A DNA stretch of 64,000 nucleotides from Planctomycetota bacterium (GTDB taxonomy: Bacteria; Planctomycetota; B15-G4). Positions 20,988-29,155 of the stretch are shown piece by piece. Every line of letters begins with the position of its first letter. Position 1 is the stretch's first letter. The translations under genes and the position numbers were made by a program. The notes beneath the pieces are model-generated. The model did no database searches and had not been told where the DNA came from. It was given only the letters and a program-made list of their open reading frames with translations. The stretch spans positions 1 through 64,000 of the forward strand of contig JBBQUR010000017.1 of NCBI GenBank assembly GCA_038212275.1. The letters run 5' to 3'.

Positions 20988-22547
20988 ATGACGTTTGCAA
21001 CCAGTTTTTCCCGCGGCCTGACGCTCAGCGCGCTGGCCATGGGCCTCATGCTCTCTGGCGCCAATGCCCAGAACGGCACGAACTACCACGTTCTCACGAA
21101 CGACGGTGACGTGCAGTACGGTGGCTTCGGCTCGCAGGGCGCCGGTGTCGCGCACTCTGACGGATTCGGTGTCTGGACCGCGGGCGAGAACATGACGGGT
21201 TCCCACCGCGTCCAGTTCTCCGGCGACTTCGGCTACCGGCTTTCCGGCTGGCGTGAGAACTTCTGCGCCAACAACGCGGGAAACCTCGCTTACAAGTATC
21301 GCAGCCTGTCGTTCACCGAGTTCGACGGCATGAACGGCAATGCGCCGAAGATCTTCCTCAATCCGGCTTGCCCGCTCCCGGGTCCGAGCTTCCCGCTCGG
21401 TACCGGCAGCTTCATCCCCTACGGCACCTTCGGCGGATCCAGCTTCGTGCTGAGCCTGCTGCCGGCCGGCACGGGTCCCGCCGCGAGTTCTGCCTTCCTG
21501 CTGCCCAATGAAGGACTCACCGGCGTCGGTACCGGCACGGCCACCGTCGTTGCCGTCGCAGTCAACGCCAACGGCACCGTGCCCGCGGCTGGTTGCTACA
21601 CGCAGCAGTTCGGCTGGGTTGGTTCGGCTCTCGCGCTGAACGACCACATCGACGGCCTCTGGCACTACATCCTGAACTCGGACCTCGCGAACCAGCAGTA
21701 CTTCGTGTTCTCGAACGACGAAATGAACATCTGGCAGAGCCACACGGTCGCGACCGCTGGTGCGCTGACGCAGGTCGTTCAGTTCTTCGCGAGCACGGAC
21801 TACGCGCTCTTCTACTCCACGGTTGAGCCGAACACGACGGCCACCCTGGCTCCGCGCGGCCTCAATCTGGCGGGTCCGTACTACACCCAGACCCTGAACG
21901 TGCGCAACGCGCTCGGTCCGTTCTCGCTGGCCCAGAACCCCAACAAGGGTTTTGACGTCGGCGGCGGCAGCAACGCGCTCTCCTTCAGCGGCACGGCTGG
22001 CGTGCCCAATGCCCTCAACGGCGGCCTTGGCAACCAGAACGCGGTCAACAACCCGACCTCGATCGTCACCCTCGGATTCGCCACGTGGGACAACCTGCCC
22101 TACCAGGCGCCGATCCCGCATAACGGTACGGTCCGTGTCACGTGGGTCTCGATCGACCTGCTCGGCGCGTCCGGCGGCAACCCGGACACGGATCCGGGCG
22201 CTCTGGTCCTCGGCGGCACGATCCGGGTGCCGGTGGTTTCGGCTGGCCTTCTGCAGCCCACCACCAACCTGACCTTCGGCATCTTCCAGCACGCCACCAG
22301 CGCGACGACCCCGGGCTGGCCGGATCCGGCTGGTGTCACGTCGGGTGCCTTCGGCATCCCGGCGATCGCTGGCGCGTCGCAGCAGATCGGCCTCCCGCCG
22401 CTGCCGGCCGCTTGCGCTGGTATCGCGCTGAACCTCACCTACGGCACCTCTGCCCGTCTCGGTGTGGCCGGTGCGCCTGGTGTCAAGACGTGGGACTACA
22501 CCAAGGGCGACACGTCCGGTACGAAGGAGCTCTTCCTCTTCAACTGA
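20988..22547 (+). CDS. Secreted Gly/Asn/Thr/Ala-rich protein of unknown family; candidate major surface or S-layer protein
   Basis: GAGGAG SD; signal peptide ending ANA/Q; distinct codon usage (frequent GGT/GCT/GTT); own promoter and terminator. Confidence 0.8.
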   Translation: MTFATSFSRGLTLSALAMGLMLSGANAQNGTNYHVLTNDGDVQYGGFGSQGAGVAHSDGFGVWTAGENMTGSHRVQFSGDFGYRLSGWRENFCANNAGNLAYKYRSLSFTEFDGMNGNAPKIFLNPACPLPGPSFPLGTGSFIPYGTFGGSSFVLSLLPAGTGPAASSAFLLPNEGLTGVGTGTATVVAVAVNANGTVPAAGCYTQQFGWVGSALALNDHIDGLWHYILNSDLANQQYFVFSNDEMNIWQSHTVATAGALTQVVQFFASTDYALFYSTVEPNTTATLAPRGLNLAGPYYTQTLNVRNALGPFSLAQNPNKGFDVGGGSNALSFSGTAGVPNALNGGLGNQNAVNNPTSIVTLGFATWDNLPYQAPIPHNGTVRVTWVSIDLLGASGGNPDTDPGALVLGGTIRVPVVSAGLLQPTTNLTFGIFQHATSATTPGWPDPAGVTSGAFGIPAIAGASQQIGLPPLPAACAGIALNLTYGTSARLGVAGAPGVKTWDYTKGDTSGTKELFLFN

Positions 22548-22584
22548 GCTGAAGCCAGGAGACCCGGAGATTCCGGGAGTCCTG

Positions 22585-22627
22585 AGAGCCCCCCTCACCT
22601 TCGGGTGAGGGGGGCTCTTCCCTTTTC
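22585..22627 (+). terminator. Rho-independent terminator
   Basis: Perfect 15-bp stem AGAGCCCCCCTCACC / GGTGAGGGGGGCTCT with TTCG loop, followed by TCCCTTTT. Confidence 0.88.
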
Positions 22628-22676
22628 AGGGAGCGGGTCTCCCGCCCAGGTGGCGATCCGGGGGAAGGGGCCCGGC

Positions 22677-23633
22677 TCAGATCGCCCGGCGAACCGGCTT
22701 GCCCAGCAGGTCGAGAATGCGTGGCAGCGCCTCGCGGGCCGCGCACGCGCCGGCTTCGACGACCTGATCAAGCTGCGTGGTGTCCAACCAATGCCGGTCA
22801 CCCAGCTCCGGTGCCAGCACGACGTCCGCATCGGCGGCCCAGCGCCGGTTGGCGAGGCGGGTGCTGATGTCCTGCGCGCGCAGCAGCACCTCCATCCCTG
22901 CGGCATCGGGCCTGCAGGGGCCGAGACCCGCGGAGAGGTCCACGGCCACCACGCGCCGCGCCCCCGCCAGTCGCGCCAGCCTGGTGGGCAGGTTGTCGAC
23001 GATCCCGGCATCGCAGAGCAGGGAGCCTTCCCATTCCACCGGCGGAAAGAACCCCGGCACCGCGCCGCTCGCCGTGACGGCGGTCGTGAGCGGCCCACGC
23101 GTGAGCAGCCGCTCCTCACCGCTCTGCAGGTCCAGCACGCAGATCGAGAGCGCTGGCGACAAGTCCGCGATGTCTCCCTTGGGGACGAGGCTGCGCACGA
23201 TGAAGCGCAGCGAGCTGCCACCGAAGGCGCTGCTGCGGCGGAACATGCGCTCCAGCGCCACCTGCCGCCGGATATTGGCGACGAGCCGGCGCACGAGCGG
23301 CACCCGCCCGGTACGGCGCCTGAAGCTGGGCAGGCCGCGGAAGCTGGGCAGGCCACGACTCCGCAGCCCCTCGCTTTCAAGGAATCGCATCACGAGAGCA
23401 TGCGTGCGCTCGGCATTGCGCTGGTGACAGTAGCTCGCGCCGATGAGCGCCCCGGCGCTCGAGCCGATGAGTCGCTCGATCGGCACGCGGTGCTCCTCCA
23501 GCACCCGCAGGACGCCAAGATGCGCAACGCCCTTGAAGCCGCCGCCTCCGAGAACCAGGGTGATGCCTTCCGCGCCCTCGGACGTGGTCACGCCCAGCCC
23601 CGTCCGGATCGGTCGGAACGATGCCTGCAGCAT
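22677..23633 (-). CDS. Patatin-like phospholipase
   Basis: LVLGGGGFKG, GSSAG nucleophile elbow, ASGAVPG, DAG motif; internal GLPSFR duplication. Confidence 0.9.
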   Translation of the reverse strand: MLQASFRPIRTGLGVTTSEGAEGITLVLGGGGFKGVAHLGVLRVLEEHRVPIERLIGSSAGALIGASYCHQRNAERTHALVMRFLESEGLRSRGLPSFRGLPSFRRRTGRVPLVRRLVANIRRQVALERMFRRSSAFGGSSLRFIVRSLVPKGDIADLSPALSICVLDLQSGEERLLTRGPLTTAVTASGAVPGFFPPVEWEGSLLCDAGIVDNLPTRLARLAGARRVVAVDLSAGLGPCRPDAAGMEVLLRAQDISTRLANRRWAADADVVLAPELGDRHWLDTTQLDQVVEAGACAAREALPRILDLLGKPVRRAI

Positions 23634-23773
23634 CGACCGCTAGTGCGCATGGACATGGAAGACTCCGGTGGCGATCGCTGGATTCGGCTGGAGCCGCCCT
23701 GTCGCTGAAGAGAATCCGCCGCGGCCCGTGGGCACGGACTTCGCCGTGGCGCAGCGAGCGGCGGGGCGACGGC

Positions 23774-24679
23774 TCAGCGTGAGGCCAGCGCCCACCCCCA
23801 CGCCCCGCAGATGAGCGCCAGGCTCACCACCGCCGCGAGCCATTGCACCTCGCGGCGCGCCAGCGCGACCCGAGCCGACAACCAGGGCATCGAGCCCAGG
23901 GCGAGTCCGGCCAGCAGCCCCGTCACGTGCGCGACGAGGTCCGTGCGCACCCCCTCCGTGCCGAGGTATCCCAGCAGGAACACGGCCATGACCAATGGCG
24001 TCCAGCGTCGCAGCCGGCTCTGACGCCTGCGCACGCGATACCTCCATTGCAGCGCGGCGAGGGTGCCAAGTGCCCCGAACACCGCGGTCGAGGCACCGAG
24101 CGACCTGTGCGACGCTCCCTGAAGCAGTGCATTGAGCGCATTGCCGAGCGCGCCGGAGAGCAGGCACAGCAGCGCGGCCACCCCCGTCCCTGTGAACTGG
24201 CACAAGGCGGCCACGAACAGCGCCCCGAACAGCACGTTGCCCGCCAGGTGCGGCAGGTCGGCGTGCAGCGTGAGCGCGGTGACGGCACGCCACCACTCGC
24301 CGGCCCGCATCGCGGCAGCATCGGCGAGCCCTCGCGCCTCCCAGTCGAAGCCCCACGCAGCCCGGGCCGCCAGCAGATACGCGGCGATCATCAGCAGCGC
24401 CCAGGCCAACGCCCCGTCCACGCCCGACGCGAGCGGCTCCGGCTCCTCATCGGCAACCGCAGCCCGCGGCGGGTTCTCGGCCCGGAAGCGACGCAACTCC
24501 TCGACCGCGCGCCGCGCGTCGAACGGCGCGACGAGCAGCACGAAGGCTCCGTCGAGAAGGCGCACGTCGTGTTCAATGCCCATGGCGCGCAGCACGAGCG
24601 CGAACTCGGCCACTTCGCGCTCGATCCGGCTGCGGTGCACGATGACAGGCCCATCCGGCCCGCCCTCCTGGCCGTCCAC
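23774..24679 (-). CDS. Rhomboid family intramembrane serine protease
   Basis: GEWWR, LHADLPHLAGN, GAS catalytic motif, AHVTG; several TM helices; start uncertain. Confidence 0.88.
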   Translation of the reverse strand: MDGQEGGPDGPVIVHRSRIEREVAEFALVLRAMGIEHDVRLLDGAFVLLVAPFDARRAVEELRRFRAENPPRAAVADEEPEPLASGVDGALAWALLMIAAYLLAARAAWGFDWEARGLADAAAMRAGEWWRAVTALTLHADLPHLAGNVLFGALFVAALCQFTGTGVAALLCLLSGALGNALNALLQGASHRSLGASTAVFGALGTLAALQWRYRVRRRQSRLRRWTPLVMAVFLLGYLGTEGVRTDLVAHVTGLLAGLALGSMPWLSARVALARREVQWLAAVVSLALICGAWGWALASR

Positions 24680-24714
24680 GCCGCGTTTCGGCGGCTGCCC
24701 CGGCACGCCGCCGT

Positions 24715-25023
24715 TCAGGAGCTGCCCAGCCCCTTGCGAAAGCCCGAGTACTCGTCGAGCACCAGCTTTGCCGGCGGGCTGCAGGTCTCCAGCCCCTTCG
24801 TCTCGTAGCGCATCAGGTGCTGCGCGGACGACACGACGAGGTCGCAGTTGGCGGCCTTCTCCTTCGGGTCCACCGCGCGCTCGAAGACGTGCATGGCCTC
24901 GTAGATCACGTTGCTGTGCTTCTCGATGTCGGCCGAGACCGTCGGCCCGCATTCCTTGCACAGGCCGGTCTTGTCGACCTTCTGAAAGAGACCGCCCTTG
25001 TCGCACCATCTGCACTTGGCCAT
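24715..25023 (-). CDS. Small hypothetical protein with N-terminal CxxC...CxxC
   Basis: MAKCRWC...GLCKEC; coding-like codon usage; co-oriented with the rhomboid gene. Confidence 0.75.
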   Translation of the reverse strand: MAKCRWCDKGGLFQKVDKTGLCKECGPTVSADIEKHSNVIYEAMHVFERAVDPKEKAANCDLVVSSAQHLMRYETKGLETCSPPAKLVLDEYSGFRKGLGSS

Positions 25024-25184
25024 GCGAACCCTGCACTCCGTGAGGCGCCAGCTTCCGGGCGCCGCGCTGCGGCCACCACCGGAGCGCCCATCCTACGCAG
25101 AGCGCAGCCGCAAGTCGCGGGCCTTGCCCCGGGCACACGGCCGGTGTGTCGCCCCGGACCGGAATCGGCGACGATGCCGACGTC

Positions 25185-26414
25185 ATGACCCGACCGTACG
25201 ACGACATGCACCTTCCCGAAGCGCTGACCGCCATCCGCGCCGCCGCGGAGGTCATCGGCCCGCACATCCGCCACACGCCGACGGTCTACTCCTACACGTT
25301 CAGCGAGAGCACCGGCTGCGACGTGTACCTCAAGCTCGAGAATCTGCAGCGAACGGGATCGTTCAAGATTCGCGGCGCGCTGCACAAGCTGCTCACGATG
25401 GATGCTGCCCGGCGCGACCGGGGGCTCATCGCGGCGTCGGCGGGCAATCACGCGCAGGGCGTGGCGCTGGCCGCTCGCATCTGCCACGCCCCCGCCACCA
25501 TCGTGATGCCGGAGAACACCGCGCTCATCAAGGTGCAGCGCACCGAGGGCTACGGCGCGCAGGTCATCCTCCACGGCCACAACTACGACAGCGCGCAGCG
25601 CCACGCGACGGCCCTTGCCGCGGAGCGCGGCCTCACGCTGGTGCACCCTTTCGATGACCGCACCCTCATCGACGGCCAGGGGACGGTCGGACTCGAGATC
25701 CTCGTCGAGGTGCCCCAGCTGGACACGGTCGTCGTGCCGATCGGCGGCGGCGGACTCATCGCGGGCATCGCGCTGGCGATCAAGGCGCAGGCGCCGCACG
25801 TGCGCATCGTCGGCGTGCAGGCCGAGGGCGCCGCGCCCACGGTGCAGTCCTTCCACGGCGGCAGGCCGGTCACCATCACCGAGCCACGGACCATCGCGGA
25901 AGGCATCCGCGTCGGCACCGTCGGCAGCACCACTTTCGAGATCGTGCGCCGCCTCGTGGACGAGTGCGTCACCGTGACGGAGGACGAGATCGCCGACGCC
26001 GTGGTGCAGACGATGGAGAAGAGCAAGCTCGTCTCGGAGGCTGCGGGCGCCGTGGGCATCGCGGCCGTGCTCTCGGGGCGCGTGCGCAGCGAGGGCCACA
26101 TCTGCGCGGTCGTGTCGGGCGGCAACATCGATCTCAACCTGCTGTCGCGCCTCATCGAGAGCGGGCTTTCGCGCGCGGGCCGCTACCACCTTGTGAAGCT
26201 GCAACTGCCCGACATCCCGGGTCAGCTGTCGGCCGCCATCGGCATCATCGCGGAGAGCAAGGCCAACGTGCTCGACGTGCAGCACTATCGCTCGGGCTGG
26301 AAGGTCCCGATCGGTTCGGTGGACATCGAGATCCTGATCGAGACCCGCCATGCCGAGCACGCCGAGCTGGTGGACCAGTCGCTGCGTTCGCACGGATTTC
26401 ACGTGCATGCCTGA
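25185..26414 (+). CDS. ilvA: Threonine ammonia-lyase (medium form with C-terminal ACT domain)
   Basis: KLENLQRTGSFKIRGA, ASAGNHAQGVA, PIGGGGLI, SGGNID, LPDIPGQL. Confidence 0.9.
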   Translation: MTRPYDDMHLPEALTAIRAAAEVIGPHIRHTPTVYSYTFSESTGCDVYLKLENLQRTGSFKIRGALHKLLTMDAARRDRGLIAASAGNHAQGVALAARICHAPATIVMPENTALIKVQRTEGYGAQVILHGHNYDSAQRHATALAAERGLTLVHPFDDRTLIDGQGTVGLEILVEVPQLDTVVVPIGGGGLIAGIALAIKAQAPHVRIVGVQAEGAAPTVQSFHGGRPVTITEPRTIAEGIRVGTVGSTTFEIVRRLVDECVTVTEDEIADAVVQTMEKSKLVSEAAGAVGIAAVLSGRVRSEGHICAVVSGGNIDLNLLSRLIESGLSRAGRYHLVKLQLPDIPGQLSAAIGIIAESKANVLDVQHYRSGWKVPIGSVDIEILIETRHAEHAELVDQSLRSHGFHVHA

Positions 26415-27777
26415 ATCGAGTCGCTTCCGCGCCGCTCTCGCACGCTGCCTGCTTCCGTGTGCGCTTCTCGCAGCCGGCATGTCGGATGGGGCCCGGGCGC
26501 AGCTCGACACGGGCCCTTCCGCCAGCCTGCCTCGCGAGTTCACGCCGTCGTGGGCGGCCGCACCGGCGCGATGCCTCATCGATCTCGTCCAGGATCCGCG
26601 GCGGTCGCCGGCCGATCGCGGGGCCGAGCTGGCCGCGCGACTCGTCGGCCTGCAGCCCGGCGATGAATTGCGCTTGCACGGGGGCACCTACCTGCTGCCC
26701 GGCCTCGTGACGCTGGAAGCGCACGGCAAGGAGGGCGCTCCGGTCCGCATCACGGCGCAACCCGGCGAGCGTGTCGTGCTCACGCGCGCCGACGCCTCGC
26801 AGAACGTCCTGAACCTCGGCTCGCTGGACGGGGTCCCGTCGGCCTACATCGTGCTCTCGGGACTGGAGTTCACCGGAGGCAGCCAGGGACTGCGCCTGCT
26901 GGGCTGCCATCACGTGTGGATCGATCGCTGCCACATCCACCACACCGGCGCGGCGGGACTGACGGCCAACTCACGCAACACGTCCGCACTGGTCATCACG
27001 CGCAACGAGATCGACCACACGGCCGGAACGGGCGAGGGCATGTACCTCGGCGCGAATCACGGCGCCTTCATCACGAGCGGCGCGCTCGTGGCGCTCAATC
27101 ATGTGCACCACACCGGAGGCAGCCAGGGCGACGGCATCGAACTCAAGCAGGGGAGCTGGGGCAATCGCATCGTGGCCAACCACGTGCACCACACTCCCTA
27201 TCCGTGCATCCTCGTCTACGGCACCGACGGGCGCGCGAACAACGTCATCGAGCGCAACGTGTGCCACGACTCGGGCGACAACGTGCTGCAGGTGCAGGGC
27301 GAGGCGCTCGTCGCCAACAATCTGCTGATGCGAGGCGTGACCGGCCTGCACAGCCATGACCATCAGGGCAGGACGACCGGCCTGCGCGTCCTCCACAACA
27401 CGATCATCAACGCCGGCCCCGCCACGGATCTCGCGAGCTGGAACGACCGGCCCGGCATGGTGTTCGCGAACAACGCCGTGTACAGCCTCTCGGGGCCGTC
27501 GCTCTCTTTTCCGGGAGGCTGCACAGGCGTGACGCTCGCGGGCAACGTGGTGTTCGGGCCTGTCGTCGGCGTGTCGAGCACGGACCCAGGCCTCGTCGCC
27601 GGTCGCGGATTGTCCGACTTCGTGCGCGCTGCCTGGCGGTCGGGAGACGTCGACGCCACGCCGGCGCCGGGCAGCGCCCTGCGTGCGGCCGGCGCCGCCG
27701 CCTACACCGTGAAGGACGACCTGCGCGGCACGAGCCGCACCCCTCCGTCGGACGCCGGCTGCCTCGACACCCCCTGA
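26407..27777 (+). CDS. Secreted right-handed beta-helix (pectin lyase-like fold) protein
   Basis: Signal peptide; LQPGDELRLHGGTY; repeated NxIHHT/NHVHHT coils; GEGMYLG, GDGIELKQG; C-terminal DAGCL. Confidence 0.8.
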   Translation: MPESSRFRAALARCLLPCALLAAGMSDGARAQLDTGPSASLPREFTPSWAAAPARCLIDLVQDPRRSPADRGAELAARLVGLQPGDELRLHGGTYLLPGLVTLEAHGKEGAPVRITAQPGERVVLTRADASQNVLNLGSLDGVPSAYIVLSGLEFTGGSQGLRLLGCHHVWIDRCHIHHTGAAGLTANSRNTSALVITRNEIDHTAGTGEGMYLGANHGAFITSGALVALNHVHHTGGSQGDGIELKQGSWGNRIVANHVHHTPYPCILVYGTDGRANNVIERNVCHDSGDNVLQVQGEALVANNLLMRGVTGLHSHDHQGRTTGLRVLHNTIINAGPATDLASWNDRPGMVFANNAVYSLSGPSLSFPGGCTGVTLAGNVVFGPVVGVSSTDPGLVAGRGLSDFVRAAWRSGDVDATPAPGSALRAAGAAAYTVKDDLRGTSRTPPSDAGCLDTP

Positions 27778-27800
27778 CGGCACGGCGATTCCGTCCGCGC

Positions 27801-27836
27801 TCAGTTCAGCGGTCAGTTCAGCGCTCAGTTCAGCGC
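27801..27836. repeat. 12-bp tandem repeat x3 (TCAGTTCAGCGS)
   Basis: Seen directly in the convergent intergenic region. Confidence 0.85.
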
Positions 27837-27899
27837 GCGGGACAGTGCACGGTTCAGCGCCGGTCAGCACGCATGTCTATACGGGTCAACACACGTGGC

Positions 27900-27946
27900 G
27901 GCACGAGGCCCGGCACGAGGCCCGGCACGAGGCTGGCGCGAGGCCC
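27900..27946. repeat. 12-bp tandem repeat, ~4 degenerate copies (GGCACGAGGCCC)
   Basis: Seen directly. Confidence 0.8.
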
Positions 27947-27970
27947 GGTGCGGGACTCGACGCGCGGGAC

Positions 27971-28939
27971 TCAGGGCGTGACGCCGCGCAGTCCGTTGCT
28001 TGCCGCGAATCCGTGCGAGCCCAGCGGATCGGGGATCCAGTGCTGGAAGTACAGGGACATATCGCCGGGCAGTCCGGTCGGCCACGGCCCCGAGAGCACG
28101 AGCTGGCCGAAGGCGTCGATCGGCAGCGTGAGCAGGATGTCGGGCGCCGGCACGAGCACGCCGCCCTTGACCGGCGAGTCGACCTCCGTGAAGCCGATGA
28201 CGAGAAAGGTCGTCCCACCGGGCAATGCCCCGGAAAGCTCGAGGCTCATCTCTTCGCCGCCGACGAGCGTGCCCGAGCCGGCGAGCAGCGGTTCGCCGTC
28301 GCTGCCCGGCGTGGCGTGGCCCTGGTCGAACCAGGTGGCGTGGAGGCCGAGCGAACCCGCGATGCGGATGCTCGTGATCTGCACGTTCTGCTGCCCGAAG
28401 GGGAAGCCGAGATCCACGAGCAGCGTGCCGAGCACCACGTTCGTCGCGGAGAAGAAGCCGGCGCCGCCGGCATCCATCCCCGACGTCACGAGTGCGGCCA
28501 CCGACGGCGCGGCAGGCAGCGCCGGATACGCGAGCAAGTCGGAAAAGATCGTGATCGGCGCCGGGCCGGGAATCGGCCCCACGCCCGCAAGCTGCTCGGG
28601 CGGGATCTGATCGGTCACGTCGAAGGGCCCGAAGGGGATGTTCAGGAACTTCACCGTGACGGCGACGGTCGAGATGGCGTAGGTCGTGTCGTAGATCGAG
28701 GCGCCAGGCTCCACCGACGTGGGCGCCGCCCAGTGGATGTCCTGCCCCGAGGTCGTCTGGTCGAAGGTCCACACCGCGGCGTTGGCTGCCAGCGGAAGGC
28801 CCGGACCGGCCGGCGCCGCCCGCGCCACCGCGAGCTGGGCGTGCACGGTCGCGGCGAGGGCCGCAAACAGGGCAATCGACTGCGCGGCACGAGCCAGGCG
28901 ACCGCCCGGTGAAGGGCGCGGGGTGGAGCAACAGGACAT
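27971..28939 (-). CDS. Secreted hypothetical protein with the shared C-terminal domain
   Basis: Signal peptide (IALFAALAATVHA/Q); ends KGGVLVP...WPTGLP...YFQHWIPDP...AASNGLRGVTP; start approximate. Confidence 0.8.
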   Translation of the reverse strand: MSCCSTPRPSPGGRLARAAQSIALFAALAATVHAQLAVARAAPAGPGLPLAANAAVWTFDQTTSGQDIHWAAPTSVEPGASIYDTTYAISTVAVTVKFLNIPFGPFDVTDQIPPEQLAGVGPIPGPAPITIFSDLLAYPALPAAPSVAALVTSGMDAGGAGFFSATNVVLGTLLVDLGFPFGQQNVQITSIRIAGSLGLHATWFDQGHATPGSDGEPLLAGSGTLVGGEEMSLELSGALPGGTTFLVIGFTEVDSPVKGGVLVPAPDILLTLPIDAFGQLVLSGPWPTGLPGDMSLYFQHWIPDPLGSHGFAASNGLRGVTP

Positions 28940-29155
28940 GGGAATCCTCGGCGAGGCGTGCACGGAAGGCGTCGCGGCCCGCGCGACGATGTCGACCGGA
29001 ACATATCCCGCTCCCGACCCGCTGCCTAGCCACTTGCCCGAACGGTGGCGCACGCGGAATCGGGATAGACTTGGCGGTACCACCACGGCCGCCGCTCGTC
29101 GCTCCCGAAACCGCGACGAACAGGCAGGCCGCCAGTCTTCCCAGGGGCCACCTCG

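Noticed and set aside
27801..27946. Short repeats as a possible CRISPR array
   Set aside because: Units are 12 bp, directly adjacent with no spacers, and there are no cas genes.
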